From: Microcoleus sp.
Lineage (GTDB): Bacteria > Cyanobacteriota > Cyanobacteriia > Cyanobacteriales > Microcoleaceae
DNA: 64,000 bases
Direction: 5' to 3'
Assembly: GCA_052279835.1 (NCBI GenBank)
Contig: CP181291.1
Coordinates: 1,792,001 to 1,856,000 of the forward strand
In this document: piece by piece, positions 9,516 through 20,700 of the stretch
How positions within the stretch are numbered: the stretch's first letter is position 1
How the letters are laid out: the number at the start of each line of letters is the position of its first letter
Notes under the pieces: model-generated
The model's database searches: none
What the model was told of the DNA's origin: nothing
The model's input: only the letters and a program-made list of their open reading frames with translations
Position numbers and translations under genes: made by a program

Positions 9516-10958
9516 ATGGATATCTTATCTAACACCGTAGCGCTATCGCGAATGCAATTTGCGCTAACCGCTATATTTCATATGCTGTGGCCAGTTCTCA
9601 CTACGGGAATGGGAATTTATCTGGTAATTGTTGAGGGAATGTGGCTAAAAACTCGCAATCCTGACTATTACCATCATGCTCGTTTTTGGTCTCAACTCTA
9701 TGTCTTAAACTTCGGTATTGGAGTAGCTTCCGGCATTCCCATGGAGTTTCAATTCGGCACAAATTGGGCACCATTTTCCGAAGCGGTTGGTGACTTTTTT
9801 GGCAGTATTTTAGGCTTTGAAGCTTCCATGGCATTTATGCTAGAAGCCGGCTTTTTAGGAATTATGCTGTTTGGTTGGGGGCGCGTTCACCCGATCGTCC
9901 ACTACATTGCTACAATCATGGTAGCCTTCGGCGCAAACCTATCAACAGTCTGGATTCTAGTCGCTAACTCTTGGCTGCAAACACCCGCCGGCGGAGAAAT
10001 GGTCAATGGCAAGTTTGTTGTCACCGATTACTTCCAAGCAATCATGAACCCCTTCGCATTAAACAGCATTCTCCATATGTTTTTTGCGACACTAGAAACT
10101 TCGCTGTTTGTCATTGGAGGAATTAGCGCTTGGTACATTCTGAATCAGCGCAACGAAGCCTTTTTTTCCAAATCTTTAAAGATTGCCATAGCTACCGCCA
10201 TTGCCGTTGCACCTTTACAGATATTCATCGGACATTTGAGCGCCGAACAAGTCTATCACTATCAGCCCACAAAATTAGCAGCCATCGAAGCTAAGTGGGA
10301 AACCTCCCCAGCCGGAAGTTCCGCCGATTGGACTTTAATGGCTCTTCCTAATGAAAAAGCCCAAAAAAATGACTGGGAAATCAAAGTTCCCAATGGCTTG
10401 GGATACGTTCTAGAATTCAAACAAAAACTCTCGGAACCAGTCCTAGGATTAAAAGAATGGAAACCAGAAGATAGACCCAAAATGGTAGGTTTAATCTACT
10501 ATTGTTTCCGTATTATGTCCGGCATTGGATTCTTGTTTGTAGGATTGATGCTATTCAGTACAATTCAGTGGAGTCGAGGCAAACTTTCCCCAGAAAATAT
10601 CAGGAGTCAACCTTGGCTAATGCGCGCTTGGGTATTAGCAGCGCCCCTAGGTTATATAGCTGTAGAATCAGGTTGGATTGTCCGCTGTGTCGGTAGACAA
10701 CCTTGGGCTTTATACGGGCAAATTCGCACGGCTGATGCGGTGTCAAACATCCCCGCTAGCAATGTTTTAACTTCCCTCAGTTTCTTTGCAGCTATTTACA
10801 GCTTTTTGTTTGTTTGTGCCATGTATTTTGGCAGCCGCATTATCCGCAAAGGGCCTAATTTAAATCTGCCAGTGCCAGGTTTAGACAATCAACCAGCCAT
10901 CGAAACTGAACCCGCAGAACACATTCCCGATCAACGTCCCGCAGAAGCACAACAATAG
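9516..10958 (+). CDS. cydA: Cytochrome bd ubiquinol oxidase subunit I
   Basis: LSRMQFALTAIFH (heme His), GIPMEFQFGTNW, EAGFLG, QPTKLAAIE (Q-loop), GWIVRCVGRQPW. ATG at 9516 preferred over the TTG at 9468. Confidence 0.95.
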   Translation: MDILSNTVALSRMQFALTAIFHMLWPVLTTGMGIYLVIVEGMWLKTRNPDYYHHARFWSQLYVLNFGIGVASGIPMEFQFGTNWAPFSEAVGDFFGSILGFEASMAFMLEAGFLGIMLFGWGRVHPIVHYIATIMVAFGANLSTVWILVANSWLQTPAGGEMVNGKFVVTDYFQAIMNPFALNSILHMFFATLETSLFVIGGISAWYILNQRNEAFFSKSLKIAIATAIAVAPLQIFIGHLSAEQVYHYQPTKLAAIEAKWETSPAGSSADWTLMALPNEKAQKNDWEIKVPNGLGYVLEFKQKLSEPVLGLKEWKPEDRPKMVGLIYYCFRIMSGIGFLFVGLMLFSTIQWSRGKLSPENIRSQPWLMRAWVLAAPLGYIAVESGWIVRCVGRQPWALYGQIRTADAVSNIPASNVLTSLSFFAAIYSFLFVCAMYFGSRIIRKGPNLNLPVPGLDNQPAIETEPAEHIPDQRPAEAQQ

Positions 10959-10966
10959 GAGATTTT

Positions 10967-11980
10967 ATGCAAGCTTTGGAGCATTTTCTCCCGCAAGTCT
11001 GGTTCGTAATTTTGGGTCTATTTCTATTACTCTACGTCATGCTAGACGGTTTTGATTTAGGAGTAGGAATCTTGTCTCTGACTGCTGATGACGATGAACG
11101 CAGGGGCATTTTAATGACAAGTTTGGGCAATGTTTGGGATGCTAACGAAACTTGGTTAGTTTTGATGGGAGGCGCTTTATTTGGGGCTTTTCCGCTAGCT
11201 TATGGCACGATTTTAACTGCCTTGTACATACCCATTTGTATGATGCTTTTTGGGTTGATATTTCGGGCTGTAGCCTTTGAATTTCGCGAGCATTCTAATC
11301 GGAAGTTATTCTGGAATTATGCCTTCGGGGCCGGTAGTTTTCTGGCTGCTTTAGCTCAAGGATTTGCCCTCGGTGCGGTGCTCGAAGGCATTGCGGTGGA
11401 TGAAGCAGGTCACTTTGTGGGTACTACTTGGGATTGGCTGGATTGGCGATCGATCTTAGTGGCTTTAACCTTAGTTCAAGGTTACGTTTTGATTGGTTCT
11501 ACCTATTTGATCATGAAAACAGATGGGGAACTGCAAACCACTCACTATCGCACCGCTAAAATTGCGGCCGTGACGACGTTAATCGGAGCCATTTTGATTA
11601 CCATCGCCACTCCCATTTTTTATGAAAGTACCAGAGCAAGATTGTTCGAGAAACCGCTAGTTTATGTCTTTGCGACAATTCCTGTGCTGGGATTGTTGCT
11701 AGTTGGACTCTTGCTAAGAAGTCTAGAAAGGAAAGAAGAACGCACGCCATTTGTCTGGACAATTTTGATTTTTTTGCTGAGTTTTATCGGCTTGGGATTG
11801 ATTGTTTTTCCGTACATAATTCCCACGCAACTCACGATTTATCAAGCGGCGGCTGCGCCCAGCGCCCTGGTATTTATGATTGTGTTTATTGGCTTTCTGA
11901 TCCCGATTATGATTTTCTACAACATCTACAATTATGTGGTGTTTCGGGGTAAGGTTGCTGGCGGACACTACGGAGAATAA
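10967..11980 (+). CDS. cydB: Cytochrome bd ubiquinol oxidase subunit II
   Basis: LDGFDLGVG, VWDANETWLV, GAFPLAY, RAVAFEFR. Starts 8 bp after cydA with an AGGAG RBS. Confidence 0.95.
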   Translation: MQALEHFLPQVWFVILGLFLLLYVMLDGFDLGVGILSLTADDDERRGILMTSLGNVWDANETWLVLMGGALFGAFPLAYGTILTALYIPICMMLFGLIFRAVAFEFREHSNRKLFWNYAFGAGSFLAALAQGFALGAVLEGIAVDEAGHFVGTTWDWLDWRSILVALTLVQGYVLIGSTYLIMKTDGELQTTHYRTAKIAAVTTLIGAILITIATPIFYESTRARLFEKPLVYVFATIPVLGLLLVGLLLRSLERKEERTPFVWTILIFLLSFIGLGLIVFPYIIPTQLTIYQAAAAPSALVFMIVFIGFLIPIMIFYNIYNYVVFRGKVAGGHYGE

Positions 11981-12054
11981 AACCGTAAATACACGCAGGT
12001 ATACGTAGATAATTCCCACTCTATATCTGCGTATACCTGCGTGTATCTGCGGTT
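11981..12054. repeat. Long imperfect inverted repeat directly after cydB (repeat-derived, possible terminator or RNA stabiliser)
   Basis: AACCGTAAATACACGCAGGTATACGTAGATA pairs with TATCTGCGTATACCTGCGTGTATCTGCGGTT. Internal ~10-nt periodicity of ACGCAG(A/G)T-like units. Confidence 0.7.
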
Positions 12055-12130
12055 AAAAATTATAAATTATTCTTTTCTGATACCATCACAACTTACGCAA
12101 CAGTGTTTTAGATCACTATCCCTATTAAAT

Positions 12131-12167
12131 AATAAAATAGAATGGAATGGAACCGCAGGTTCTAATT
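12131..12167 (+). promoter_or_regulatory. Conserved upstream motif of kinase 1 (candidate promoter), shared with kinase 5
   Basis: AATAAAATAGAATGGAATGGAACCGCAGGTTCTAATT matches 44080-44116 at 30/37. Contains TAAAAT/TAGAAT -10-like hexamers. Confidence 0.45.
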
Positions 12168-12198
12168 CTACTGTTGTGTAATAGAAGAGGAAGGAGCT

Positions 12199-15100
12199 AT
12201 GGATGTAACAAATGTATTGGGTTATCAGATTACAGAGCAACTTTATACAGGTACGCGAACCCTAGTCTATCGAGCAATCCGTACTAGCGATCGCCATCCA
12301 GTCGTCATCAAAATACTGCGGAACGAATACCCCAACTTCAACGAGATACTGGGTTTTCGCAACCAGTACACCATCGCCAAAAATCTCAATCTCCCTAGCA
12401 TCATTAAACCCCTGAGCCTAGAACCATACAACAATAGCTATACCCTAGTCATGGAAGACTTTGGGGGAGTCTCCCTCTCTACTTATCTTAAAGCAGCAAC
12501 AGATCGAAATCAACCTCATAAATATTTATCTTTAACAGAATTTCTTAACCTAGCTCTGCAACTAGCTGATATTCTTCACTATCTCTACCAAAAACGAGTA
12601 ATTCATAAAGACATCAAACCCGCAAATATTTTAATTAATCCCCACACTACAAAAGTCAAACTCATTGATTTTAGTATCGCTTCTCTATTACCAAGAGAAA
12701 CCCAAGAAATTCTGAATCCCAACGTCCTCGAAGGAACATTAGCCTATATTTCTCCAGAACAAACCGGGAGAATGAATCGCGGCATTGACTACCGTAGCGA
12801 CTTTTATTCCCTAGGTGTTACCTTCTATGAATTGTTGACAGGTACTTTACCTTTTGTATCAGACGATCCGATGGAATTGGTGCATTGTCATCTAGCTAAA
12901 CAGTCGATGGCAATCCATGAAGTAAATCCAGAAATTCCGCTAGTTTTATCAGAAATTGTCAGTAAACTGATGGCAAAAAATGCCGAAGACCGCTATCAGA
13001 GTGCATTAGGACTGAAACAGGACCTAGAAAACTGTCAATTGCAATTACAACAAACGGGCACAATAGAGTTTTTCCCAATAGGGAAACAGGATGTTACCGA
13101 CCGATTTATAATTCCAGAAAAACTCTACGGACGGGAATTAGAAGTCCAAACAATACTCGCTGCATTTGAACGGATTGCATCAGGAACAAACCCCCAACTA
13201 CCGTTAATAAGGCAGTCTTCTCAAGCTCAGGTTATTAATGGGGGCGGGGAGAGTTCGCATTTATCCGGTAGTGAACTGATACTGGTAGCGGGCTGCTCTG
13301 GCATCGGTAAAACGGCCGTGGTTAATGAAGTTCATAAGCCGATTGTCAGACAGCGAGGCTATTTCATTAAAGGCAAATACGATCAATTCCAGCGCAATAT
13401 TCCACTCTCAGCCTTTGTGCAAGCATTTCGAGACTTAATGGGGCAAATCCTGAGTGAAACTGATGTCCAATTACAAGGGTGGAAACATAAAATTTTAGCA
13501 GCCTTGGGTGATAATGCCCAACTGATTATTGAAGTGATTCCCGAATTAGAAAAAATTATTGGTAAACAACCACCTGTGGTCGAACTTATTGGCACAGCAG
13601 CTCAAAATCGCTTCAATTTACTCTTTCAAAAATTCATTAAACTTCTGAGTACCAAAGAGCATCCATTGGTGATTTTTTTAGATGACTTGCAGTGGACGGA
13701 TTCAGCATCTATGAATTTACTCAAATTGCTGATGACTGAAACTGATACTAGGCATCTACTGCTGATTGGAGCTTATCGCGATCGCGAAATTTTTCCCGCA
13801 CATCCCTTAATGTTGACCTTAGAGGAAATTCGCAAAGCCAAGGCAACAGTCAACACTATCACCCTAGCACCCCTCAATCACTCGGATATCAATCACCTGA
13901 TTGCCGATACCCTCCACTGTTCGGTAGCGATCGCACAACCCCTCACCGATTTGGTGTATCAAAAAACCCTGGGTAATCCCTTTTTCACCACCCAGTTTGT
14001 CAAGGTATTGCATGGGGATGGTTTGATTACCTTTACCCCTTTAACCAACACTAACGGGGGACAAAGGGGGGGATGGGAATGTAAAATTGCCCAAATCAAA
14101 GAGTTGGCATTAACCGATGATATAGTCGAGTTCATGGCTGGGCAATTGCAAAAATTGCCACCAGAAACCCAGTCAATCCTGAAACTAGCAGCGGCGATTG
14201 GCAATCAATTCGATCTAGGAACCTTGGCCATCGTCGCTGAAAAATCCCCAACGGATGCTGCTGCCGATTTGTGGGCCGCTTTACAGGAAGGATTAGTAAT
14301 TCCTAACAGCGAAATTTATAAATTTTATCAAGCTAAATCAGCAGCTTCAGAAAATTTTAATAATTCCGCAGAATTGACTATTACTTATAAATTTTTACAT
14401 GACCGGGTACAACAAGCTGCTTATTCCTTAATTCCCGATCGCCAAAAACAGGAAACCCACTTAAAAATTGGGCAACTGTTGTTCGCCAATACTTCGGCTC
14501 AACAACAAGAACAGAGGATTTTTGAAATTGTCAATCAATTGAATATGGGAGCCGAGTTGATAACTGCGGAGGTGGAGCGGGATCGACTGGCTCAATTGAA
14601 TCTGATGGCTGGACGCAAAGCTAAGGTAGCAACGGCTTATGCAGCGGCGATCGCTTATTTGAGAGCTGGTTTAACACTGCTGGCGGTTGATAGTTGGCAA
14701 ACTCAGAACGAATTGACCCTAGTGCTGCACGAGGAAAGTGCAGAAGTGGAATATCTCAATACTAACTTCGATGAGGCGAGAAATTTTGCCCAAATAATTT
14801 TGCAAAATACAGCCAGTTTATTAGAGCAGCTCAAATCTTCGGAACTTGTCGTGCAGATTTATATTGCTGAAGGTAAACTGCTCACAGCAATTGAAAATGG
14901 AGTGGAGTTACTGTCTAAGTTAGGAGTGATTTTATTGAGCCAAACAGAGGCACAAAGCATGAACTTTCAACTCCCTGCTGTCACAGAATTGGCTCAAGTT
15001 CCCCAAATGACCGATCCCTACCAACTGGCAGCTTTCAGAATTTTGATCGCAATTACACCTCCAGTTCATCGCACGCAACCTGAATTATTTCCGGGAATTG

Positions 15101-17724
15101 TGCAAGCTATGATGAATCTTTGCGAGCGCTTTGGTTATTCAGAATTAGCGGCCTATGCTTGTGAACTCTATGGCTTGTATTTGTGGTCGGTCAAACAAGA
15201 CGTGGTAGCAGCTAATGCGGCTGGTAAATTAGGTTTAAGTATCTTAGAACAATATAATGCTAGAGAAATTGTCTCCAAAGTTAATTTGGTATTTGGAGTG
15301 TTTGTCGCTCCGTGTCACGAGCATATCGGAGTGTCATTATTGGCATTAAAAGCGGGGATTTTGGCTGGAATCGAAGTCGGTGATATTGAACATAGTAGTT
15401 ACTGTATTCTGGCCTACTTAAACTACTTGTTTTTGAGTGGAGAACATTTGGAAGTGTTAGTTAACCATCAAAATAGCTATTTTAATTTGGCATTAAAACT
15501 GAAGCAAGAACATTCCATCTACGATTGTAAAATCTGGTTGCAACTCAGTATGAATTTGCAAAAATCCGTGGAAAATCAGTTAGATTCGAGCGCAGATTTT
15601 TTTCATGAACAACAAATTTTATCTTATTTAGAAGCGAATCAAAGCCATCAGTCATTATTTTCTTTTCATGTGGCAAAGCTGATTTGGTTCTACATATTAG
15701 AAGATTATAACTGCGCCTGTGAGAGTGCGTCGAAAGCCGTTGCTAGCCAAGAAGCAGCCTTGGGTTTACCCATGCTGGCGGCCCATAATTTTTATTATTC
15801 ACTTTCTCTGCTGGGGCAGGATTTTTCGACCCCGATGGAGCCGCAATCTACGATGGGGAATTTTGGGCGATCGCCCAATTTGACACAGGTGGCAGAAAAT
15901 CAGCAAAAAATGCAGGCATGGGCTCAATATTCTCCAGCAAACTTTCTCCACAAGTTTGATTTAGTTGCAGCGGAACAACATCGAATCTTGGGTAATAAAG
16001 CCGAGGCGATCGAATTGTACGATCGCGCTATTTGCCTCGCCAAAGAAAACCAATATCTCAATGAAGAAGCCCTAGCCAACGAACTCGCGGCCAAATTCTA
16101 CCTAAATTGGGGCAAAGAAAAACTCGCCGCCGGATATATGCAAGAAGCCTACTACTGCTACGCCCGTTGGGGAGCCCAAACCAAAACCGACGACTTGGAA
16201 AAACGCTATCCCCAACTGCTACAACCAATCCTGCACCAACGACAACTCAACTTCCATCCCCTAGAAACGCTCGCCACCGTTAGCCGGACCTTAATTTCCA
16301 CCACTCACAGCAGCAGTACCATATCCGATGCACTAGACTTTACCTCCGTACTCAAAGCAGCGCGAGCCATCTCTAGTTCGATCGAAATAGAAGAATTGAT
16401 GGGAAATCTCACCCGCATTCTGCTGGAAAACTCAGGGGCGAAAAAATCAGCACTGATACTCCCCCAAGATCGGACATGGCAAGTCCGAGCAATTACCTCC
16501 ATTACTCGTCAGACAAATGCTCCAGAACAAATCGAAACTCTGCTTGATTCACAACCTCTAGATACTTGTAAAAATCTCCCCATAACTATTATCAATTACG
16601 TCAAAAATACCCAAAAAACTGTTTTGATGGATCGCCTGCAAACAGAAATCCCTGGACTAATTGGGGAATATATGTTGACACATCAACCCCAGAGTGTATT
16701 ATGTACTCCCATTCTCAATCAAGGTCATCTAGCGGGAATTCTTTACCTAGAAAATCAACTGACTAGCGGGGTGTTTACGAGCGATCGCCTACAGATTATC
16801 AATGTCCTTGCCTCCCAAGCAGCCATCTCCATTGAAAATGCCAGACTCTACCAACAATCCCAACAAGCCCTGGTTGATTTACAACAAGCACAATTACAAA
16901 TTGTGCAGAGCGAAAAAATGTCAGCACTGGGTAACTTAGTCGCCGGAGTCGCTCATGAAATGAATAACCCTCTGGGTTTTATTTCCGCCAGCCTCCAACA
17001 AGCCAAACCCACCGTTGCCGAGCTGATCGAACACGTAAGATTGTATCAAGAAACTGTCCCCAATCCCGGTGCATCCCTTCTCAATCATGCCGATGAAATC
17101 GACCTGGAATATAGTTTAGAAGATTTGCCTAAAGTCATTAATTCAATGGCTATGGCTTGCGATCGCCTGAAAAATATCAGTACCAGCTTACGAACTTTCT
17201 CCCGCGCCGATCGAGAGTACAAAGTATCATTTAATATTCATCAAGGAATTGACAGCACGATTTTGATTCTCAAACACCGACTCAAACCCAACGAAAAACG
17301 TCCGGCGATAGCCGTAGTCACTGAGTACGGAAAACTACCTGAAGTTAAGTGTTATCCCGGACAACTAAATCAGGTATTTATGAATATTCTGGCAAATGCG
17401 ATCGATGCCTTAGATGAATCAAATACGGGACGGGCTTTTGCGGAAATAGAAGCACAACCTAACCAAATTACCATTAAAACTTCTGTGGTAGAGCGCCACG
17501 TACAAGTTACAATTGCTGATAATGGGAGGGGGATGAGCGAGGAAGTGCAACAGAAAATATTCGACCACTTATTTACGACGAAGGGAGTTGGAAAAGGGAC
17601 TGGTTTAGGATTGGCGATCGCCCGCCAAATTATTGTCGAAAAACATGGCGGCATCATTAAAACCCAGTCTGTCCTCGGAAAAGGCACTGAATTTATCATC
17701 AAAATACCCATCGATTGCCAATAG
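12199..17724 (+). CDS. Hybrid Ser/Thr kinase-AAA ATPase-helical repeats-GAF-histidine kinase (HstK-like), paralogue 1
   Basis: VVIK, HKDIKPAN, DFS, SPEQTGR; Walker A GCSGIGKT; Walker B VIFLDDLQW; GNPFF; FLHDRVQQAAY; GAF ILYLEN; H-box [24 protein letters not shown]. Confidence 0.92.
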   Translation: MDVTNVLGYQITEQLYTGTRTLVYRAIRTSDRHPVVIKILRNEYPNFNEILGFRNQYTIAKNLNLPSIIKPLSLEPYNNSYTLVMEDFGGVSLSTYLKAATDRNQPHKYLSLTEFLNLALQLADILHYLYQKRVIHKDIKPANILINPHTTKVKLIDFSIASLLPRETQEILNPNVLEGTLAYISPEQTGRMNRGIDYRSDFYSLGVTFYELLTGTLPFVSDDPMELVHCHLAKQSMAIHEVNPEIPLVLSEIVSKLMAKNAEDRYQSALGLKQDLENCQLQLQQTGTIEFFPIGKQDVTDRFIIPEKLYGRELEVQTILAAFERIASGTNPQLPLIRQSSQAQVINGGGESSHLSGSELILVAGCSGIGKTAVVNEVHKPIVRQRGYFIKGKYDQFQRNIPLSAFVQAFRDLMGQILSETDVQLQGWKHKILAALGDNAQLIIEVIPELEKIIGKQPPVVELIGTAAQNRFNLLFQKFIKLLSTKEHPLVIFLDDLQWTDSASMNLLKLLMTETDTRHLLLIGAYRDREIFPAHPLMLTLEEIRKAKATVNTITLAPLNHSDINHLIADTLHCSVAIAQPLTDLVYQKTLGNPFFTTQFVKVLHGDGLITFTPLTNTNGGQRGGWECKIAQIKELALTDDIVEFMAGQLQKLPPETQSILKLAAAIGNQFDLGTLAIVAEKSPTDAAADLWAALQEGLVIPNSEIYKFYQAKSAASENFNNSAELTITYKFLHDRVQQAAYSLIPDRQKQETHLKIGQLLFANTSAQQQEQRIFEIVNQLNMGAELITAEVERDRLAQLNLMAGRKAKVATAYAAAIAYLRAGLTLLAVDSWQTQNELTLVLHEESAEVEYLNTNFDEARNFAQIILQNTASLLEQLKSSELVVQIYIAEGKLLTAIENGVELLSKLGVILLSQTEAQSMNFQLPAVTELAQVPQMTDPYQLAAFRILIAITPPVHRTQPELFPGIVQAMMNLCERFGYSELAAYACELYGLYLWSVKQDVVAANAAGKLGLSILEQYNAREIVSKVNLVFGVFVAPCHEHIGVSLLALKAGILAGIEVGDIEHSSYCILAYLNYLFLSGEHLEVLVNHQNSYFNLALKLKQEHSIYDCKIWLQLSMNLQKSVENQLDSSADFFHEQQILSYLEANQSHQSLFSFHVAKLIWFYILEDYNCACESASKAVASQEAALGLPMLAAHNFYYSLSLLGQDFSTPMEPQSTMGNFGRSPNLTQVAENQQKMQAWAQYSPANFLHKFDLVAAEQHRILGNKAEAIELYDRAICLAKENQYLNEEALANELAAKFYLNWGKEKLAAGYMQEAYYCYARWGAQTKTDDLEKRYPQLLQPILHQRQLNFHPLETLATVSRTLISTTHSSSTISDALDFTSVLKAARAISSSIEIEELMGNLTRILLENSGAKKSALILPQDRTWQVRAITSITRQTNAPEQIETLLDSQPLDTCKNLPITIINYVKNTQKTVLMDRLQTEIPGLIGEYMLTHQPQSVLCTPILNQGHLAGILYLENQLTSGVFTSDRLQIINVLASQAAISIENARLYQQSQQALVDLQQAQLQIVQSEKMSALGNLVAGVAHEMNNPLGFISASLQQAKPTVAELIEHVRLYQETVPNPGASLLNHADEIDLEYSLEDLPKVINSMAMACDRLKNISTSLRTFSRADREYKVSFNIHQGIDSTILILKHRLKPNEKRPAIAVVTEYGKLPEVKCYPGQLNQVFMNILANAIDALDESNTGRAFAEIEAQPNQITIKTSVVERHVQVTIADNGRGMSEEVQQKIFDHLFTTKGVGKGTGLGLAIARQIIVEKHGGIIKTQSVLGKGTEFIIKIPIDCQ

Positions 17725-17799
17725 TTAATAAGCGCCAATAACTGAATTAAATTTTGATAAAATTTTCAATTTCAAATCCAGAAAAATTAGAAAAAACCC

Positions 17800-20700
17800 A
17801 TGAAAAACGATTGTAATAACCAGCTATCTTTGAATGGCTACCAAGCAACAGAAACCCTTTACCAAGGTACTAAAACCGAAGTTTACCGCGCTCGGAGATT
17901 AGCAGATAGACAAGCAGTAGTCATTAAAATATTACGACAAGAATATCCCACTTTTGGGGAAATGTTAAATTTTCGCAACCAATATATCATCGCCAAAAAC
18001 CTCCAAAATCCGGGCATCGTCAGTCCCTTATCTTTAGAAACCTATCGCCACAGTTATGCCTTAGTCATGGAAGATTTTGGGGGAATTTCTCTCCGAGAAT
18101 ATACCAAAACCCATGCCTTGAAATTAACAGAGTTTTTGGAAATAGCCCTGCAACTGAGCGACATCCTCCACTATTTGTATCAACACCGCATCATCCACAA
18201 GGATATTAAACCAGCCAACATTCTGATCGAGCCGAAAACCCAACAAGTAAAACTCATCGACTTCAGTATTTCCTCCCTGCTACCCAAAGAAACCCCGGAA
18301 ATCAAAAATCCCAGCGGATTAGAAGGCACCTTGGCTTATATTTCTCCCGAACAAACAGGACGGATGAACCGAGGCATAGACTACCGCAGCGATCTGTATT
18401 CTTTGGGAATAACCTTGTTTGAATTACTGACGGGAAACTTACCATTTATTTCCGAAGATCCGATGGAGTTGGTGCATTGTCATATTGCTAAACAGCCACC
18501 GATGGCCAGGGGCAATGGGTTATCAAACATCGGTGAGGAAATTCCTCAAGTTTTGGCTGAAATCGTGATGAAACTAATGGCAAAAAATGCCGAAGAGCGG
18601 TATCAGACTGCTCTGGGATTAAAACACGATCTAGAACACTGTCTCCACCAATGGCAAGAAACCGGGAAAATAGAGGGTTTTGAAATTGGCAAACGGGATA
18701 TTTGCGATCGCTTCACGATCCCCGAAAAACTCTACGGGCGGGAATCAGAAGTTCGGCAACTTCTAGAAGCTTTTGACAGGGTGGCTAACCCCTCCCAACC
18801 CCCCCAAGGCAAGGGGGAGCCAAGAGGGAGCGAAATGATGCTAGTTGCAGGTTTTTCCGGCCTCGGCAAAACAGCGGTAGTCAACGAAGTCCATAAGCCC
18901 ATTGTGCGACAGCGCGGCTACTTCATCAAAGGCAAGTTTGACCAGTTTAATCGCAATATTCCCTTCAGTGCTTTTGTCCAAGCCTTCCGAGATTTGATGG
19001 GACAATTACTATCAGAATCGGATGCTCAACTGCAACGGTGGAAAGCCAAGATTATAGAAGTAGTTGGAGAAAACGGACAAGTCTTGATTGAGGTGATTCC
19101 CGAATTAGAAAATATCATCGGTGCTCAACCTCTAGCACCAGAACTCTCCGGCAGTGCCGCCCAAAATCGCTTCCATCTGCTGATGCAGAACTTTGTGCAA
19201 ATATTTACTAGCATTGAACATCCTTTAGTGATATTTTTGGATGACTTGCAATGGGCAGATTTGGCATCGCTGAAGTTATTGCAATTGTTGATGCAGGATA
19301 CAGGGCATTTATTAGTGTTGGGAGCCTATCGAGATAATGAAGTATTCCCAGCCCACCCTTTCCTGTTGACAGTAGATGAACTTGTCAAAACCGGGGCAAT
19401 AGTTAATAGAATTACGCTGCAACCTTTGAGTTGGGAAGATACCAATCAATTGGTGGCAGATACATTGAAATGCGGCGCACAGTTGGCTCTACCTTTGACT
19501 GAATTATTGTATCAAAAAACCCAAGGTAATCCTTTCTTTGCAACTCAGTTTCTCAAGGCGTTATATGAAGATAAGTTGATTACTTTTAACCCCCCTCAAT
19601 CTCCCCTAAGTAAGGGGGGAAGGCAAGGGGGGTGGCAGTGTGACATTGCTCAAGTTAAAGCTTTGGCTCTTACTGATGATGTGGTGGAGTTTATGGCGCT
19701 GCAATTGCAGAAGTTGCCGCCACAGACTCAAGAGGTTTTGAAACTGGCTGCTTGCATGGGGGGAAAGTTTGACCTGAATGCTTTGGCGATAGTCAGTCAG
19801 AAATTGCCGGATGCTACCGCCACTTTGTTATGGAAAGCGTTGCAGTCTGGGTTGATTATTCCGGTTACTGAGGTCTATAAGTTTTTTACTGAATCTGAGG
19901 GTGCTGCGATCGCCCAAACGGGTGCTAATGCTACCTATAAGTTTCTGCACGATCGCGTCCAACAGGCTGCTTACTCCTTGATTCCCGCAGACCAAAAACA
20001 GGCCACTCATCTCCAGATCGGGCACTTGTTGCAACAAAATTATTCAGAGACAGAAAGAGAAGAAAAACTGTTTGAGATTGTCGGACATTTGAATTTAGGA
20101 CAAAATTTGATTGGTTCACTGCTCGATCGCGAAGCCTTAGCTCAACTCAACCTAAAAGCTGGACAGAAAGCCAAAAATTCTACGGCATACTCTGCCGCAG
20201 TAATCTATTTGCAAACCGGGATAGAGCTACTACAGATCCACTGCTGGCAAAATCAGTATGAATTGACGTTGAATCTCTATGTCGCTGCTACCGAAGCCGC
20301 TTATTTGAATGGCGAATTTGAGGACATGGAACAGAGTGCAACCCTGGTATTGCAACAAGCTCGAACAATTTTAGACAAATTTAAAATTTACGAAATTCAA
20401 ATCGCTGCCCTTACCGCTCAGAGCCAAATTTTAGAAGCGATCGCCGTTGGTAGAAATGCCTTGGCGCAATTGGGAGTGGAATTACCCAACGCCCCTGACG
20501 AAGCCAAGACTGGCCAAGCGCTACAAACCGTTGGCAGTCAACTCAGTGACAAACAGATTGAGGAACTAGCTAACCTGCCAGTGATGAGCGATGCCCACAC
20601 GATCGCGGCTATGCAACTGATGGGAATGTTGTTTGCACCTATTCTGATGGGGATGCCGGGGCTACTGCCTCTGCTTTGCTCCACGATGGTGAGTTTGTCT

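Noticed and set aside
12590..12780. Pseudokinase status because of DFS instead of DFG and a reduced Gly loop
   Set aside because: All five paralogues share it, and the catalytic Lys (VVIK/AVIK), HKDIKPAN and the DFx Asp are retained, so it looks like a family trait.
17370..17738. Repeated antisense ORFs (also 22926-23306, 50258-50716, 55931-56140)
   Set aside because: Shadows of duplicated sense-strand genes; their similarity follows from the duplication.
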